A DNA stretch of 63,302 bases, filler included, from Intoshia linei (GCA_001642005.1; 6 parts of 6 records of this genome joined end to end with filler, not necessarily neighbours in it), one strand, 5' to 3'; positions 38,001 through 51,242 are shown, numbered from the whole stretch's first letter. A program made the numbers and translations. The notes: generated from the sequence alone by a model not told the origin.

Positions 38001-40298
38001 GAAGTATTCGAAATATACAAAAAGACTGATCTGAATATAATAATACAGATTGACTCGAAGATCAAGGAATTGTTCAAGAAAGTTGTTAGCGTCACACCAC
38101 ACACAGAGAAAGGGCGTTTATTCATAGATAAACTTGATGACCTGTTCGAATGTGCAAAGATTCATCAGTCCAGAGCGCTCGATGCTTAATTAACTAAATA
38201 ACAACCATCATTCACGTATAGTTAGACCAATTAAATAAATATATAGTTTAATGATGAAAACACATACCTCAGTGTAAGCGCTTGCATAGAAAAAATGAAT
38301 TTATTATTAAAAATTAAATTAAGTGTTGATTCAATCATTTGAATCTGTTGAAAGCTGAATTGATTTTTTGTATTTCATTAAGGCTCTTTCAGCGGGATCG
38401 TTAACCGAAGGAGCGTTCTTCACAGGGTGAACATTTTTATTGAGATAGTCGTCGTGCATTGAAAATTTTCTTCGAGCAGTACTACAGAGTACTACAGATT
38501 CTTCGAAATATATCAGATCTACTAGATAGATTTCTCCAGGAATCGAGCATGCAGAGGTCGTTGGACTTCGCATTTTGTGTGTCAGCAGCCTTTAACCAAA
38601 ATGGCAAGTAGCCATAGAAAATCCAAATTAAGAATTATTTCATCAGACTTGAGCGATTGATTCTAAGTATATATGATTTCGTAGAGTACAAAATACTTGA
38701 CATCCATCGAGCTTTCGATACCGCTCCGGGTTTTCTAAGGGTTATTCGATTACCAAATATCAGTTAAGAGGTCACAACATTTTTTATAATCGTCGCGCAG
38801 GTTTTTGGCTCTTGATAAAATTGTTGATCTGGCATGTCAAGAATCAATTACATCAGCCTCGATTTGTGGGACTTCGTGTGGACCATAAAACGTACTATTT
38901 TCCTTGTAGGCTTCAGAAACTTTCTTGATGAAAGCATAACCTGTTAATACAGACCTCAATATCAACTCTAGTATGTGATGGCTGATGTTTATTTGTTCAG
39001 AATTTTGTAAAACTTTGATTAAAGCCTGCGGATCAAGCAGGTCATTTTAGTTAATTTTAAAAACGACATAGTGAATATATTGCTTAAGAGCAACGAATTT
39101 TCACTACGCGCAATTAAAATTCAGATGTGTGTGGCACCCTAATGTACACATTCTATGGGTTAGTGGTACAATCCTAGGTATATAGGAAATATATAATGGA
39201 AATATTTTAATTTTTCAATAATGTTTTATTTACGTCCCAAAGTAGAACGCCATCAGGTGCGAATAGCATCAACTGTAAAAATAATTGAAATATTCATAAA
39301 ACTTTCAGTGCGGTTTTTTTGTGAAAAATAGTTAATGGTATGCTATTCAACCGGGTTATTGGGACCTAATGTATAACAATATTTTAATTTTAGAGACTTT
39401 ACAGTAGACTCAGCGACTTTGATATTCGATATTATTTGAATGAATTATTGAAGGCTTTAGATTATTGCCACAGCATGGGTATAATGCATCGAGATGTTAA
39501 ACCCCACAATGTGATGATAGATCATGAAAAACGCAAGGTATATTTTCAAATATACTGAAATATTCTTTAATTGAATTATTAATTTATTAAATTTAGTTGA
39601 AACTGATAGACTGGGGACTCGCTGAATTTTATCATCCTAAACAAGCATATAATGTCAGAGTAGCTTCTAGATATTTTAAAGGACCCGAACTTTTGTTAGA
39701 TTATCAAGTATTTCGTTTTGATGCATAATTTAAATTATAATTCAGAATTACGACTATTCTCTCGACTTGTGGAGCTTTGGATGCATGTTGGCATCTTTAA
39801 TTTTTAAAAAGGAACCTTTTTTCCATGGTCATGATAATCAAGACCAAGTAAAATATATTTAGAATGTAATTGTTAATTTCGATTTTAGATGGTGAAAATT
39901 GCCAAAGTTCTTGGAACAGATGAGCTATTTCAATATACCCGAAAATACAATATTATAATTGAACCACGATTTCTGGAGTTGATCGGAAGGTATATTCATT
40001 AATTTGCATAATTAATTATGTTTTTAGACACACTAGAAAGCGGTGGTCTCGATATCAAAACGAAAAGAACACGCCATATATCTCTGCAGATGCTATTAGT
40101 CTATTGGACAATTTATTGAGATACGACCACAAAGAGAGATTAACAGCAAAAGAAGCTCAATCACATCCATACTTTAGTAATTTTTTAGTTTATTAAATTT
40201 TATTTCAATACTTAGAATCTTTAACTGAAGTGACTAATGGATCTTATCCCAACAACCAAAATCTCAACTCAAATAATTCAGATTCCAGTCACAAATGA
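35075..40298 (+). CDS. CSNK2A1: casein kinase II subunit alpha
   Basis: 10 exons: 35075-35169, 35205-35316, 35354-35455, 35489-35539, 39394-39537, 39597-39707, 39746-39847, 39889-39989, 40028-40176, 40216-40298. Motifs [53 protein letters not shown]. Confidence 0.97.
37541..39141. mobile_element. rearranged hATm element with ~160-bp TIRs in CK2 intron 4
   Basis: Near-perfect long TIRs starting TAGGGTGCCACACACAT; perfect TSD ATGTACAC; N-terminal transposase on +, core and C-terminal remnants on -. Confidence 0.9.
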
Positions 40299-40426
40299 AA
40301 TTTCCAACTTTTTACTCAATAAATAGTACAACTACTTATTTTGAGTAAATATATAACTGATTATTATTAATTTACTGTTTATTATGGTTTGTAAAATGAG
40401 AGGATTAAAATTTTCTGTTACATTTG

Positions 40427-42852
40427 TTATTTATTTGCAATTTTTTTGTGGTAGTAATCGTAATAATAAAGAATGTACACCACGGGTTGTCCTAGTATTA
40501 AAGAGAGCCATATAATTGCATTTGAGTATCTGGGATTGCTTACTTTTGAAGTGATAATTTGGAGGGGTACCTATTAAAATATACAATTATCAAAACACAA
40601 TATTCAATCTAAAAAACCTGTGCCGACATTCCCAAGAATATCCAAACATTAAATGATCCAACGGAAATGCTTACAACATACTAAAAATACTTAAATTGTA
40701 TAACTCTAACCATAAACCTCGTGCATAACAGCAGAGATTAAAAAAACTACACATTTTGCCGAAAATGAGCTATACCCGTGTCGTATCATTGGCAAATAAA
40801 TATGTCTGGATGCCCATTTATGTACTGGCAGGTTCCAATTTCTCCAAAAATATGAAGCTGAAGTAGCATTCCTGTAGTAATGTTTTCAATATAAAATGAT
40901 GCTATAATGCAGTGTGTCAAAATATTTTTCAGTAGCACTCGTAAAAATTTTCAAAAAAAAATTATTTTGCTTATTATTATTAAAGGTGTAGAATAATAAA
41001 CTCAAACATAAATGCAAGTGCCACGTGTTTTTCTTTTGACGCACACTGCTATAATGAACAATTTACCACCAATCTCTGTAAAAATCGCGATCTCCAAATT
41101 TTAATAATTCAGCTACAACATTTAAAGTAGAATGAAAATACCAATAAAAGAATATTAACCACATTGAAATGTTTGGAATCTACATTTCAAGTGAATGGTA
41201 TAACGGACAACTTACGCACAAAGTTAAAGTTCCTTCAAAAACTTTGATAAAATCATTTTCGATGAATGGATCAATTGAATTTTTGATTATTGGTATTATC
41301 CACTAAACAAAAAATTTAAACTATGCATTTTGTAAAATAACAATTAAAAACCTGTTGGGACATAATATTTAATAGTTGAAACAAAAATATCTAAAAAATT
41401 AATTTAAAAATTTCTTAAAAATACTGCTTCCGTGGCTCTTTTCATTAGAAAATAAATTCTTATTTTTGAATTTCGTGGATAGTTCAGTTCATAGCATAAA
41501 GTCGGTGCAAAATAAAAATAGAAAAAATCTAATTGAGATTAAGATTAGTTTTTATTGTATTGAAATCATAATTGCTTAAAGTTGCATTATATTCCATTGC
41601 AAATAGTGATTGTAATTCTCGGGAAATATAAAAAAATTCAATCAAGCACAGGTAAGGCCAGATTAATGTAATATAATATAGAGCCAAAAATTTCCATCTT
41701 GTCCAAGCCTACTGCTTCGTCGTAAATCATCAAAATCCCGGTATTTTCCCGAGCACAGTCACTAATTACATTGTACTTACTTCTTAAAGTGATATTTTCA
41801 GGGTATTTAACTTCTCCTTTAATAGAATATAAATCTAAATAACATGAATATATAGTTTAGTTTACATTTTTAAACTTTTATATTTTCTTGAGTAATGGTT
41901 TATTTGAAAGTATGAAATATACTTTAAGAGAAGAATGACATATAACAATAGAGCAATTGGAACGACATCTAAATGAAATTCAGTAAACAGACGATATTTC
42001 ACTAAGCGTAATAACTACAAGGTGACCATAAATATTCCAAAGTTAAATGAGTGGAGAGTAGACCTTTCCACAAATACGGATAGGCGATGGTCGAACCAGC
42101 TTTAATTTTAGATATAAAATAATTACATCTAACAGATTCATCAATTTCAATTTTGTGTAAAACGTAAACAGGGAAAATCAAAATGTATAAACAAAATGAA
42201 GATTGTACCGCAAAAATAAAAAATGGACTATTCAATATTTTCTAAAAACATAAAAAATAAATAATAAAACAAAATAACCTTATAAATGAGGTATTCAATA
42301 AATACAGGTATGAAATTATAAACAAGAGTCACTAAAAGAAGGTTTAAATGGAAATTAAAAAAATATACTCGCCATAAGTCCAAAGTATGGCCAACAATTG
42401 TAATTGATAAAACCGACTTTGGCTAGAAATCCATACCTAAATGTTTATTACAATAATCAAAAAAATAATTACTTTACATAATTTTCAAAAACCATCCTAA
42501 AATTGTGAATAAACTAGAAAATGAGTAACAAAAAAACCAAGTTAATGAATACTAGCATTATAAGCGCCAAATTGAGAAAACCACTGAAATTCGTAAAACC
42601 AGACGTACTGGTAAAAGGAGAATCTCTCATTACGTGAATTCTAAATTTTATAATTGAATTATATTAATCATTCAAGTGGAAAAATCACTTTTTTAATATC
42701 ACACAGTCTTTTACTCGTTCCATTAGACTTGTTTTTTGTTTTTTATACTTATGTTTGGGTTTATCAAACTCTGAATCAATAAAAAGTGGACCATCTCTCT
42801 TGGGCTCCTTGTATAGATCATCGGAAAGTATATTTTCCTCTACGATACTCAT
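40427..42852 (-). CDS. DGAT1: diacylglycerol O-acyltransferase 1 (MBOAT family)
   Basis: Multi-exon; motifs [88 protein letters not shown]. Confidence 0.93.
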
Positions 42853-44000
42853 TCAATACCAAAGTGAAAAACTTTATTCGTTTTTAAAATAAACTAATCA
42901 TATCCATATCAGTCGTTTTTGAACTGTTTTATTTATAAAATCAATAAAAAGTGCAACACTTTATAATTTAAACGTGGAGCAACTGTAACAAATTTAAATC
43001 AGGATTGAAACGTACTAAAATACTTAACAAGTAGATCATACACGTCTGTCAAACAATTCAATATCCAAATTACAAAATGTTAATACGCGATAGCACTGTA
43101 TAATATTCAGAATCAGGCCTCTCCATACCGCGATTTTAGTATTTCAATATTTATGGCGGTATTAAGACTCAATTTGAGAGTGTAACATTATAGCGAATAT
43201 ATCTTGGATATGGTTACTAGGTATGAATAGGTAGCCATATAGTAAAATAATGATAATTAATACATAATTATTAATTACTAAGGCGCACAAGAGTTAATAA
43301 GGGCAATTTTTGGATTTTACGTTTTTTGCCATTCATTTGCAAAATAACAATATTACCATGTCTAATTTTGAATTAAATTAAATTATAATTGTTATAACCA
43401 AATTTCTCCTAAATTTTGAATCTATTTTAAATTTATATTTAAATTGACGTTTTTATACCAATAATGTTTTTATCAATGAAATTTCATTATTTATAATTAA
43501 AAATTGTTATGTTCTGACAGCATTTATTGCTATGTATATTTAACAGTAAAAATATTAATATTTTATTTTGCAAATGTGTGTAAAAACGATTCCCAACATA
43601 CTTCACAGTTGCTAATCCTAAACTGAAAAAAAATAATTTAGTACACCCACAATAATCCACATTTAGTGTGACTATGACACCGTATTAATTAAAAAAAATT
43701 GTTAAAATTCTACTTGACCAAAAATGGATATCTGAAAAATCGTTAAATCGATTGAACTGACGAAATAAGGACATACATATATTTAATATCATATACTTAA
43801 AAGCGCAGAAAATATCAAATAAACGCAAATACATTAGGAACTAAGTATATTATTTTAAATTAATTTAATTTTCTAATATTTTTGATAATTTAAAAAATAT
43901 CTATAATTTATGAGTAATAGTATCAGTTGAGCTGGTACCCCTTAGATTTTAAGTATCCCATTTGGGAACCGCTAGTGTAAAAGATAAATATATTTTTTCA

Positions 44001-45080
44001 TCCTTACTTATATAATATGCTATGCAATATTTGTTTGTGGGTGTTACCGTTTATTTCAATGACTACCAGTCTTAGAATTTTATAAAGTCCACATTTCAAA
44101 TACAGTTTTTTCTTAACTCACATCTTACGGGTCAAAAAGCCCAATTGTCCTTTTTTTAAAAATCAAACGAGTTCTAGAATTTAAAAAAATATATACTTTA
44201 TACGAATTTTAAAATATTAAATATTATATAAATTTAAATTTAAACAAAATATATCTTTAGGGCCAAAACACCAAATAATCCTTTTTTTTGTATGAAAACA
44301 GCGCTAGAATTTAAAAAAATTTACAGGGGGTACAGTTGTATCCTGTCAACACACACAAAAATTTTCAATCAGAATAAATGACGCCTTCACGGTCAAAAAA
44401 GCATTTTAGTATTCATATATTTTTTTCCGAAATAATTTATTAAAACAAAAAATGTGAAATACTTAACGGTCCGAAAATTAAAACAAAAAAATTATTTTGA
44501 TAGAGCTTATTCCAGTTGATATAAATACAAAATTTCAACCCAGAAATCTACACATTCCCGGTGAAAATAATTTTTAAAATATTATCAACCAATATTTTTT
44601 AAATATTTCGATTAAAATTAAAATTGAAAATGTAAATATTGATCCTACAATTTTAAAAAAAAGTGCGTTGAACGTCTACACATTTCCAATAAAGAAATTT
44701 GGGTGAAATCTATATAATTCATTCCTTCAGAATTTTTTTCATTGCTACGCAATTTTTAAATCTCAAATTTTCATTTCCAAAACATTTTGTATAAAATTTA
44801 AATTAAAACTACAACAACGATTACTAAAAGTAATTCAACTTTGTTATTATAATTTTTATATTTATTACAATCCTCTGCAATATTGGTAAAATTCACCTGA
44901 AATATGTTTCTAAAGTGCTGATTCCGTTAATTATTGATACAAAATTGATATTTTTGAATCATCGAAAGCAGATACTGAATATATATTATCACATTGAAAA
45001 TGACAAAATAGGTTTATCTAATTTTATTTTTTCTGGAATTGATGCTATTTATGACAATTTTCAGGATTGGACTGTTTTAT
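44001..45080 (+). mobile_element. non-autonomous Helitron copy (5' end intact, 3' end not seen)
   Basis: A|TCCTTACTTATATAA start; colinear with the reverse complements of 4525-5321 and 32040-32830. Confidence 0.7.
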
Positions 45081-45920
45081 ACCAATTTTAACAAATTAGT
45101 CGTTTTCACATGGAATTGCTCAATTTTCAATTACAAATCAAACTTTATATCAATATTATTCTAAATAAATGTATCAAATTATTTTACTTTTTTACTAATA
45201 ATTGCTAAAATTGAGCTGATTGAATCATAATTTATATCATCTTGATGAGATTAAAATTGTGATTCTTATAATGAACATTTATCATAATAAATAAATTTTA
45301 TTGAGAAATTTTTTTGTGTTGTCTAAAGTTATTAATTATTATAATTTACATTACATTTTTTTTATCGATAAAAATATTTTGATGAATTGCCAGCGCAAGA
45401 TTTAACAAATTTTAATCAATTTTTAAAATGTTGGCTGTACATATGTAATGTATTAGTAATAGTAGTTGTAGTATGTAGTAAGTATAGTTGTAAATGTAAT
45501 TGTAGTATTAATAAACGTATTAGGAATTTGAGTTTGTTATTGTTAAAATGGAAATATAGTGGCGGTATTGGAAGGTCTGACTGTACTTGGAAATTATATA
45601 AAATGTCAAATAAATGGACCAAAGACTTAACAATTTAAATATAAATAATAATCCAATTTAACGTGGATTAATTAATGATTATAATGATCTTGATCCAAAT
45701 CGGAAGCTCTACTGTTGAAACTGGAAATAATCATAATTAATCCAACAAATTTCCCAATTCAAATTTTATTGGAGACGGTTGTCATTACTGTATGATGTCT
45801 AGCCAATGTTGTCCATGAAATTGAATCAATAAATTGATAATCAATGGAAGGAAATTATATTGCTATCGAAACACACAATAAACTTTTGTTGTCAAGTTTA
45901 TACAGTAAATATACTTTAAA

Positions 45921-46822
45921 ATGGTTTCTGACGAATGCAAAATTTATGTAGGAGGTTTACCAAAAGACGCCAATGAAAACGAAATAACAAAGTTTGCATT
46001 CTGTTTCATATAGTAATAATTTGTAGAGTGTTTCAAAGATACGGGACACTAAAAAATGTATGGGTAGCAAGAAATCCTCCAGGATTTGCATTTGTTGAAT
46101 TCGAAGATACTCGAGATGGTTATGATGCCATAAAAGCAACCGACGGAACGTATTTTTTCTTTTCACTTCATATTTAAAAAAGGTCTACTACATGTTTAGG
46201 GTTAGGATTCTAATTTCTTTACAATAATTGAAATTTTAGAATAATCTGTGGAAATCGTTGTAGAGTTGAAAAATCAAAAACCCGAAGTGACAAACGACCA
46301 ACCAGAAGGTATGACCATGGGGAAGGAAGAAGAAACTACGACAATGACAAGGGAGGAAAAGCGTTTAGTCCGTCTGATCGTTGTTATGAATGCAACGGTC
46401 AAGGTCACTACGCGTACGACTGTGATAAGAGAAAAAGTGGTCGACGCGAGTATTCTGGTAGAAATGAACGCACTACTAATAATAGATATAGGTATGATTG
46501 GACGGTACCCGACCGATAACATCTTCAAATTTTCATCGACATTTCATTGACATCATAACACCTAAAATTACTAAAATCGTCACATTAACTTGATTGCTTG
46601 ACATCATCAGTATGATTATCACCGTCATTTATGAGATCATACTTTTCATCTCTCATTTCAAAGTAAACGTTTGATAATCATATCGTTACTTTTTTTAATG
46701 AAAAATTTAGATCTCGATCCAGATCATATGATCGTAGAATCAATCACAGGTTTTTTTAATTTGTGGTAATATTAATGTTAATTTGTAGATATGAAAGATC
46801 AACTTCACCTCGAAGATATTAA
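45921..46822 (+). CDS. SRSF7: SR splicing factor, SRSF7/9G8-like (RRM, CCHC zinc knuckle, short RS tail)
   Basis: Exons 45921-45991, 46027-46149, 46240-46491, 46711-46749, 46789-46822; [39 protein letters not shown]. Confidence 0.9.
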
Positions 46823-46849
46823 TTGTACTTTATACATTTTATTAAATAT

Positions 46850-49071
46850 TCAAAAACGTATCTTGTCCAGGTATGTATCTTTTATTTTATTTGAAAGCAA
46901 TTTCCATTGTTCGTAAACTGATTTATTTAAGATATTGGTCATGTCCTTTTCATTTTTTAAGGGTATTTCTAGGTTTTGTATTGTATCTCGATAAAACATT
47001 AGATATCTAAAATTAAATATTTAAATTTACACCAATTAACTCTTTTAATGGAAAAAGGTTGTCTATTAGAGGCTTATTCGATTTTTACTCATTGTAAGTA
47101 TTTTATTTGGGTACACTAAGTTATTCCAACTTTATTTTACTGTAGCACAGGGCTGAGGAGAGCCACCAGTAACTCCATATAATTTTTTTAAAATGAGACG
47201 TCGTCGTAAATAATGCAGCCTGAACGAGCTTTACAAAAATATAAAAGCCTTAAACATTTCTAATATAAAGGAAGAAATCCAGAATATTATTGGATTGTCA
47301 TTTTTTTAAGATTATATCTAATCTACCCCGTCTGTTTTTTAATTTCTTTTAAAATGTTTAACTGTGTCACTCTATTATACACGCATTGTCTATAATAAAT
47401 TAAAAAATAAGTCTTAAAATTAAAAAGTCGGCCCACGGCAGAGCTAGCTACTGTTTGTACAAAGTACATAATAGTCAAGCTGGTATAAAATAAAAACTAC
47501 AATAATTTTACCCAGCATAATCTTGTTTATTCATAATTTCATCAGATCCAGTGAAAAAAATTTGATTTTGTTTCATCTTTTCATCTTTTGTATTTGAGAA
47601 TCTAAACTCTTTATTTATCAGTTAAAAAATAAAAAACCTTAAAGACATAGATTTGCCACAATATTTATCAATTTTCCAGGTTAACACTCTAAATTTATAA
47701 AAATTAAAATTGGTATAAAACAGGGTGGTTCAAACATGGCGAGTGAGGGCCAAAATATAAATTTTACAAATTTCGCGGGCCATAACATTAAAAAATATAT
47801 TCCAAAGGTAATCATAAGACCAAAAAAGTAAAACTTTCTCAAATTAATCAGAAAATTACTGCGAGTATTATATTAGTAATATTCATGATATGAGTATTAT
47901 GGCACTTAAAAATATAATTAGTATTTTATAAAGTTAGCATAATACAAAAGGTCCAAAAAGTTATTATCGTAAAGTACAAAAAGTGAGAAGTTGAGAATAA
48001 TTAGTACACAAAGACAGAATTATTTCTACAAAATTTAAATTAATGCTAGGTAATTATGATATTTCTGTCAATTAAAATTTTTAAAAATATATAAATAATA
48101 TGTAAACAATTTCGAGAGCCGCACAATTTGATCTGGTGGTTCACGCTTTGGACCACCCTGGTATAAAATATAAAACGTTTAAATTTTAAAATGCATTTAT
48201 TATAATAATGTCAATGTGGCGTCAACATCTTTAGACACAGCTTAAAAACTATCGATCCATGATACCTATTTTTATTCAATAGTCACGTTAAAACAATTAC
48301 CTAGTACTTGGAGGTTTCAACTTGGCTTTGATAAATTTTTGGCATCTAAAATAAGGTAAATTAAAAGATATTCAAGCTTTACAGTTTTGTTTTAATTTGC
48401 AAAGTAAATGTTACAATTACAACAAAAAATACCTAGTTTTGTCAGCTTTGTTAATTTTTAGCATCTAAAAATTTTAATAAAACTAGTTTTCATTTTTAAA
48501 TGTTACATTTTATTTAAATTATCATTATAAGCTCTTGTATTACCAGTTTTTTTGAAGAAATATAATTCTTCATGGTGCTATCAATACAATCTGAGCATTT
48601 TTGTTGTAAAATATTTTTTACGTCGATATATGCAGTTGATTTAGTGGCTAAATAATTGGAATCTAACGGAGTGGAATTTTCACTTTAAATAAAATTTATA
48701 TTTTTAGTACAAATGTATTTTACTTTAAATTTTTTTCTATAAAATTTTGTCGGATGGCCTCAAATTTGTTCAACAAATTTTCATCTTCAGATAAATTATC
48801 TAAATTGTATTTTGTGAAATAATTTTACATTCAGTATTTTACATTTCTCTTTTAATCCGATGAGGACAAGAGATTCAACAAAAGTAATGTGATTCATGGT
48901 GTCACGCAATATTTCTACCTGAAAAAGTATATACAATAATAATTTAATTTAACTTTGTAAAGTAGTAAATATTACTTTGGGTCGTTTTTCTCCATTCGAT
49001 ATTTGATTCAATTTGTTTAGTTGTTCGTTAATTGCTAATTTCCACTTGCTGATACTATTATTCATTTTCAT
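46850..49071 (-). CDS. HLH protein lacking an obvious basic region, with a C-terminal HMG-box-like helix (middle exons uncertain)
   Basis: Exon 1 (49071-48976) plus exon 2 give KWKLAINEQLNKLNQISNGEKRPK|VEILRDTMNHITFVE; the last exon gives SVYEQWKLLSNKIKDTYLDKIRF*; many short GT-AG exons lie between. Confidence 0.55.
47721..48160. mobile_element. hAT (Charlie-type) MITE in an intron
   Basis: TIRs cagggtggttcaaa / tttggaccaccctg; perfect TSD GTATAAAA. Confidence 0.85.
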
Positions 49072-49620
49072 CGATAATAACTTGTGCAATCACACTAATC
49101 GACACGTTTTCGCGCTAACGCTTTAATCATTGATATTGCGCCAACAAAACACCATACAATCAAAATATATTGTTTGTCTACTTTGATTTTTGATACATTT
49201 TAATCTAGTCTTTACATACAAAGCTAATTGATCCTAAACCACCTGTACAATTTTAGTAGCACAGTCATAGAACATAGTAATCAAACAAAGTCGATAAAGA
49301 TTAAACGATACTCTTCACGACGTAAAATTGAAATATGAATGTGCTAAAAAATGTCATGAAGTAAACAAATCAGATGCGATAAATCTTATCGTAAGAACAT
49401 CACTAAGTTAGTAATAATTATTTGAACTACAATTATTGTAGATAAATCTGTACAATTAGTATAAATTGTCAATTTACAAATTTACATGTAAGTAAATCAA
49501 AACTTTATTTTTAAAAATTGTTACTTTATTTACGTAATATAAAATATGGCATCATTTATATCAATTTTCGCTCATAACACATTGTATTTGTAAATATTGT
49601 ATTTAAAATTATAATCAAAA

Positions 49621-50907
49621 ATGAAGGTTAATAAGGTATCATTTTAATATTATGGGAATATTAAATTTAAATTTTAGTTTAATAAAGGACGAAACACCAA
49701 AAATAATAATGTAAGTTACTTGATGTATTATTTTAATTTAAGTTTAGTCCAATTCAAAGCCAAATGGCAGACAGCAAAATAAAGTATCAAACTTTAAAAA
49801 AAATGGAAAAAACAAATTTGCAAATAATGGCAAAGGAAATAAATTTGCAAACAATGTTAAAAATTTTAAAAATCAAAATAATAAAAACAGTGTTGATGCA
49901 AAAAAGAATGATAAAAAAGTAACATTTGCAAAGTCCGATTCATCTGAAGTTGACGATGAAGAATTTGAAGTATGCCTTCGATTTGATATAATTAATTTGT
50001 AATTTAGAGTAAAATTGAACAAGTTAGCAAGCAAGATATCACTGCAAATTCAGAAGTAATATTTTGTTTTTCTTACTGCCCGTTATTATAAAGTAAGTAT
50101 TGGTAATACCCATAATATCTGAAGCTACCATACTTGTAGACCCTAGAAGATTTCGCAAAAGATGTGTATTGCCATATAACCACTAAACACTTCAACGGTT
50201 GGACTTTAAATTTAACATAAATAGCTATTATACTTAAAAAATTTATTTCATCGTGGCAATCTCACGAGAGTCTGCAGAGTAGGTTCGGCTCTGATTCGGT
50301 CGATTGAAAGTTTTATTAAATGATATTTTTTTTCACAAAAATGCTGTATTATTGATTTACATTAAATAATACTAGTTGTTGTTTTAATGAAATTTTGGAA
50401 ATTATTTCTACCCTTTAAAATTCATATTAATATTACAAATTATTATTTTTTCTTTGTTCTGTTGATGACTGAGAAAAACTAATCTGTACTTTGTTGCGCC
50501 TAATATTTAATTAATTTAGGACGGATCTGATTCAGAACTCAATTCAAGTGAAATTGATGAAATAATTAAAGATTCAGGTGATTCTGAAGAAGTCTCAGAG
50601 GACGAGGACAATGAATCAATGGAGAGTGACGATATAACTGCTCAAATTAACGGAGAATCAAAAGGTTTGGATATTGAAATGGCTACTGATGATTCTGATG
50701 ATGATTTGGATGACGATTCCGACTTTAATGAAGATTCTGATGATGATCTGGTAGATGGTGAAAATGAGCTAGAATCTCTTACTAAAGAACTGAAACAAGT
50801 AGATTCTGAATCTGAAGAAAATGATGATACTTTTGTTGATGATATGGCAGAAGAGGAATCCGATGACGAATCAGAAGATAATGATGAGGTTGATTCTGGA
50901 GATGAAA
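49621..50907 (+). CDS. N-terminus of a Lys/Asn-rich then Asp/Glu/Ser-rich nuclear protein (nucleolin-like); 3' end probably lost in the gap
   Basis: Short exons MKVNK|FNKGRNTKNNN|SNSKPNG...; long acidic exon ~50520-50907. Confidence 0.55.
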
Positions 50908-51142
50908 GTAATTTATTTTTCATAAAATTTGTATATATGTAATTCGCATCACAAAATCTTTGTTCTAATTTATTAACCATTTTTATACCAATTTATTTTT
51001 TGTACTGAAAAGGATTTTTTCGTTTTAATTGTTAATCCTCTCAGCAGTTATGATACGTTTTCTTTGAATTAAGTTAAGTAATGTCAAATGGTATATTGAC
51101 AGTATCATATTCCATTGTCTCATAATAGCCCAACGAGGGCAA

Positions 51143-51242
51143 NNNNNNNNNNNNNNNNNNNNNNNNNNNNNNNNNNNNNNNNNNNNTTAATTAATTAANN
51201 NNNNNNNNNNNNNNNNNNNNNNNNNNNNNNNNNNNNNNNNNN
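51143..51242. other. assembly gap with artificial linker
   Basis: N-TTAATTAATTAA-N. Confidence 0.95.

Noticed and set aside
45387-45830. Short ORFs on both strands upstream of the SRSF7-like gene
   Set aside because: Low complexity; no consistent spliced model or motif found
46248-46550. 100-aa ORF overlapping the SRSF7-like exon 3 in another frame
   Set aside because: Starts at a non-ATG codon; off-frame reading of the real exon
50642-50980. Ser-rich minus-strand ORF
   Set aside because: Antisense of an Asp/Glu-rich exon
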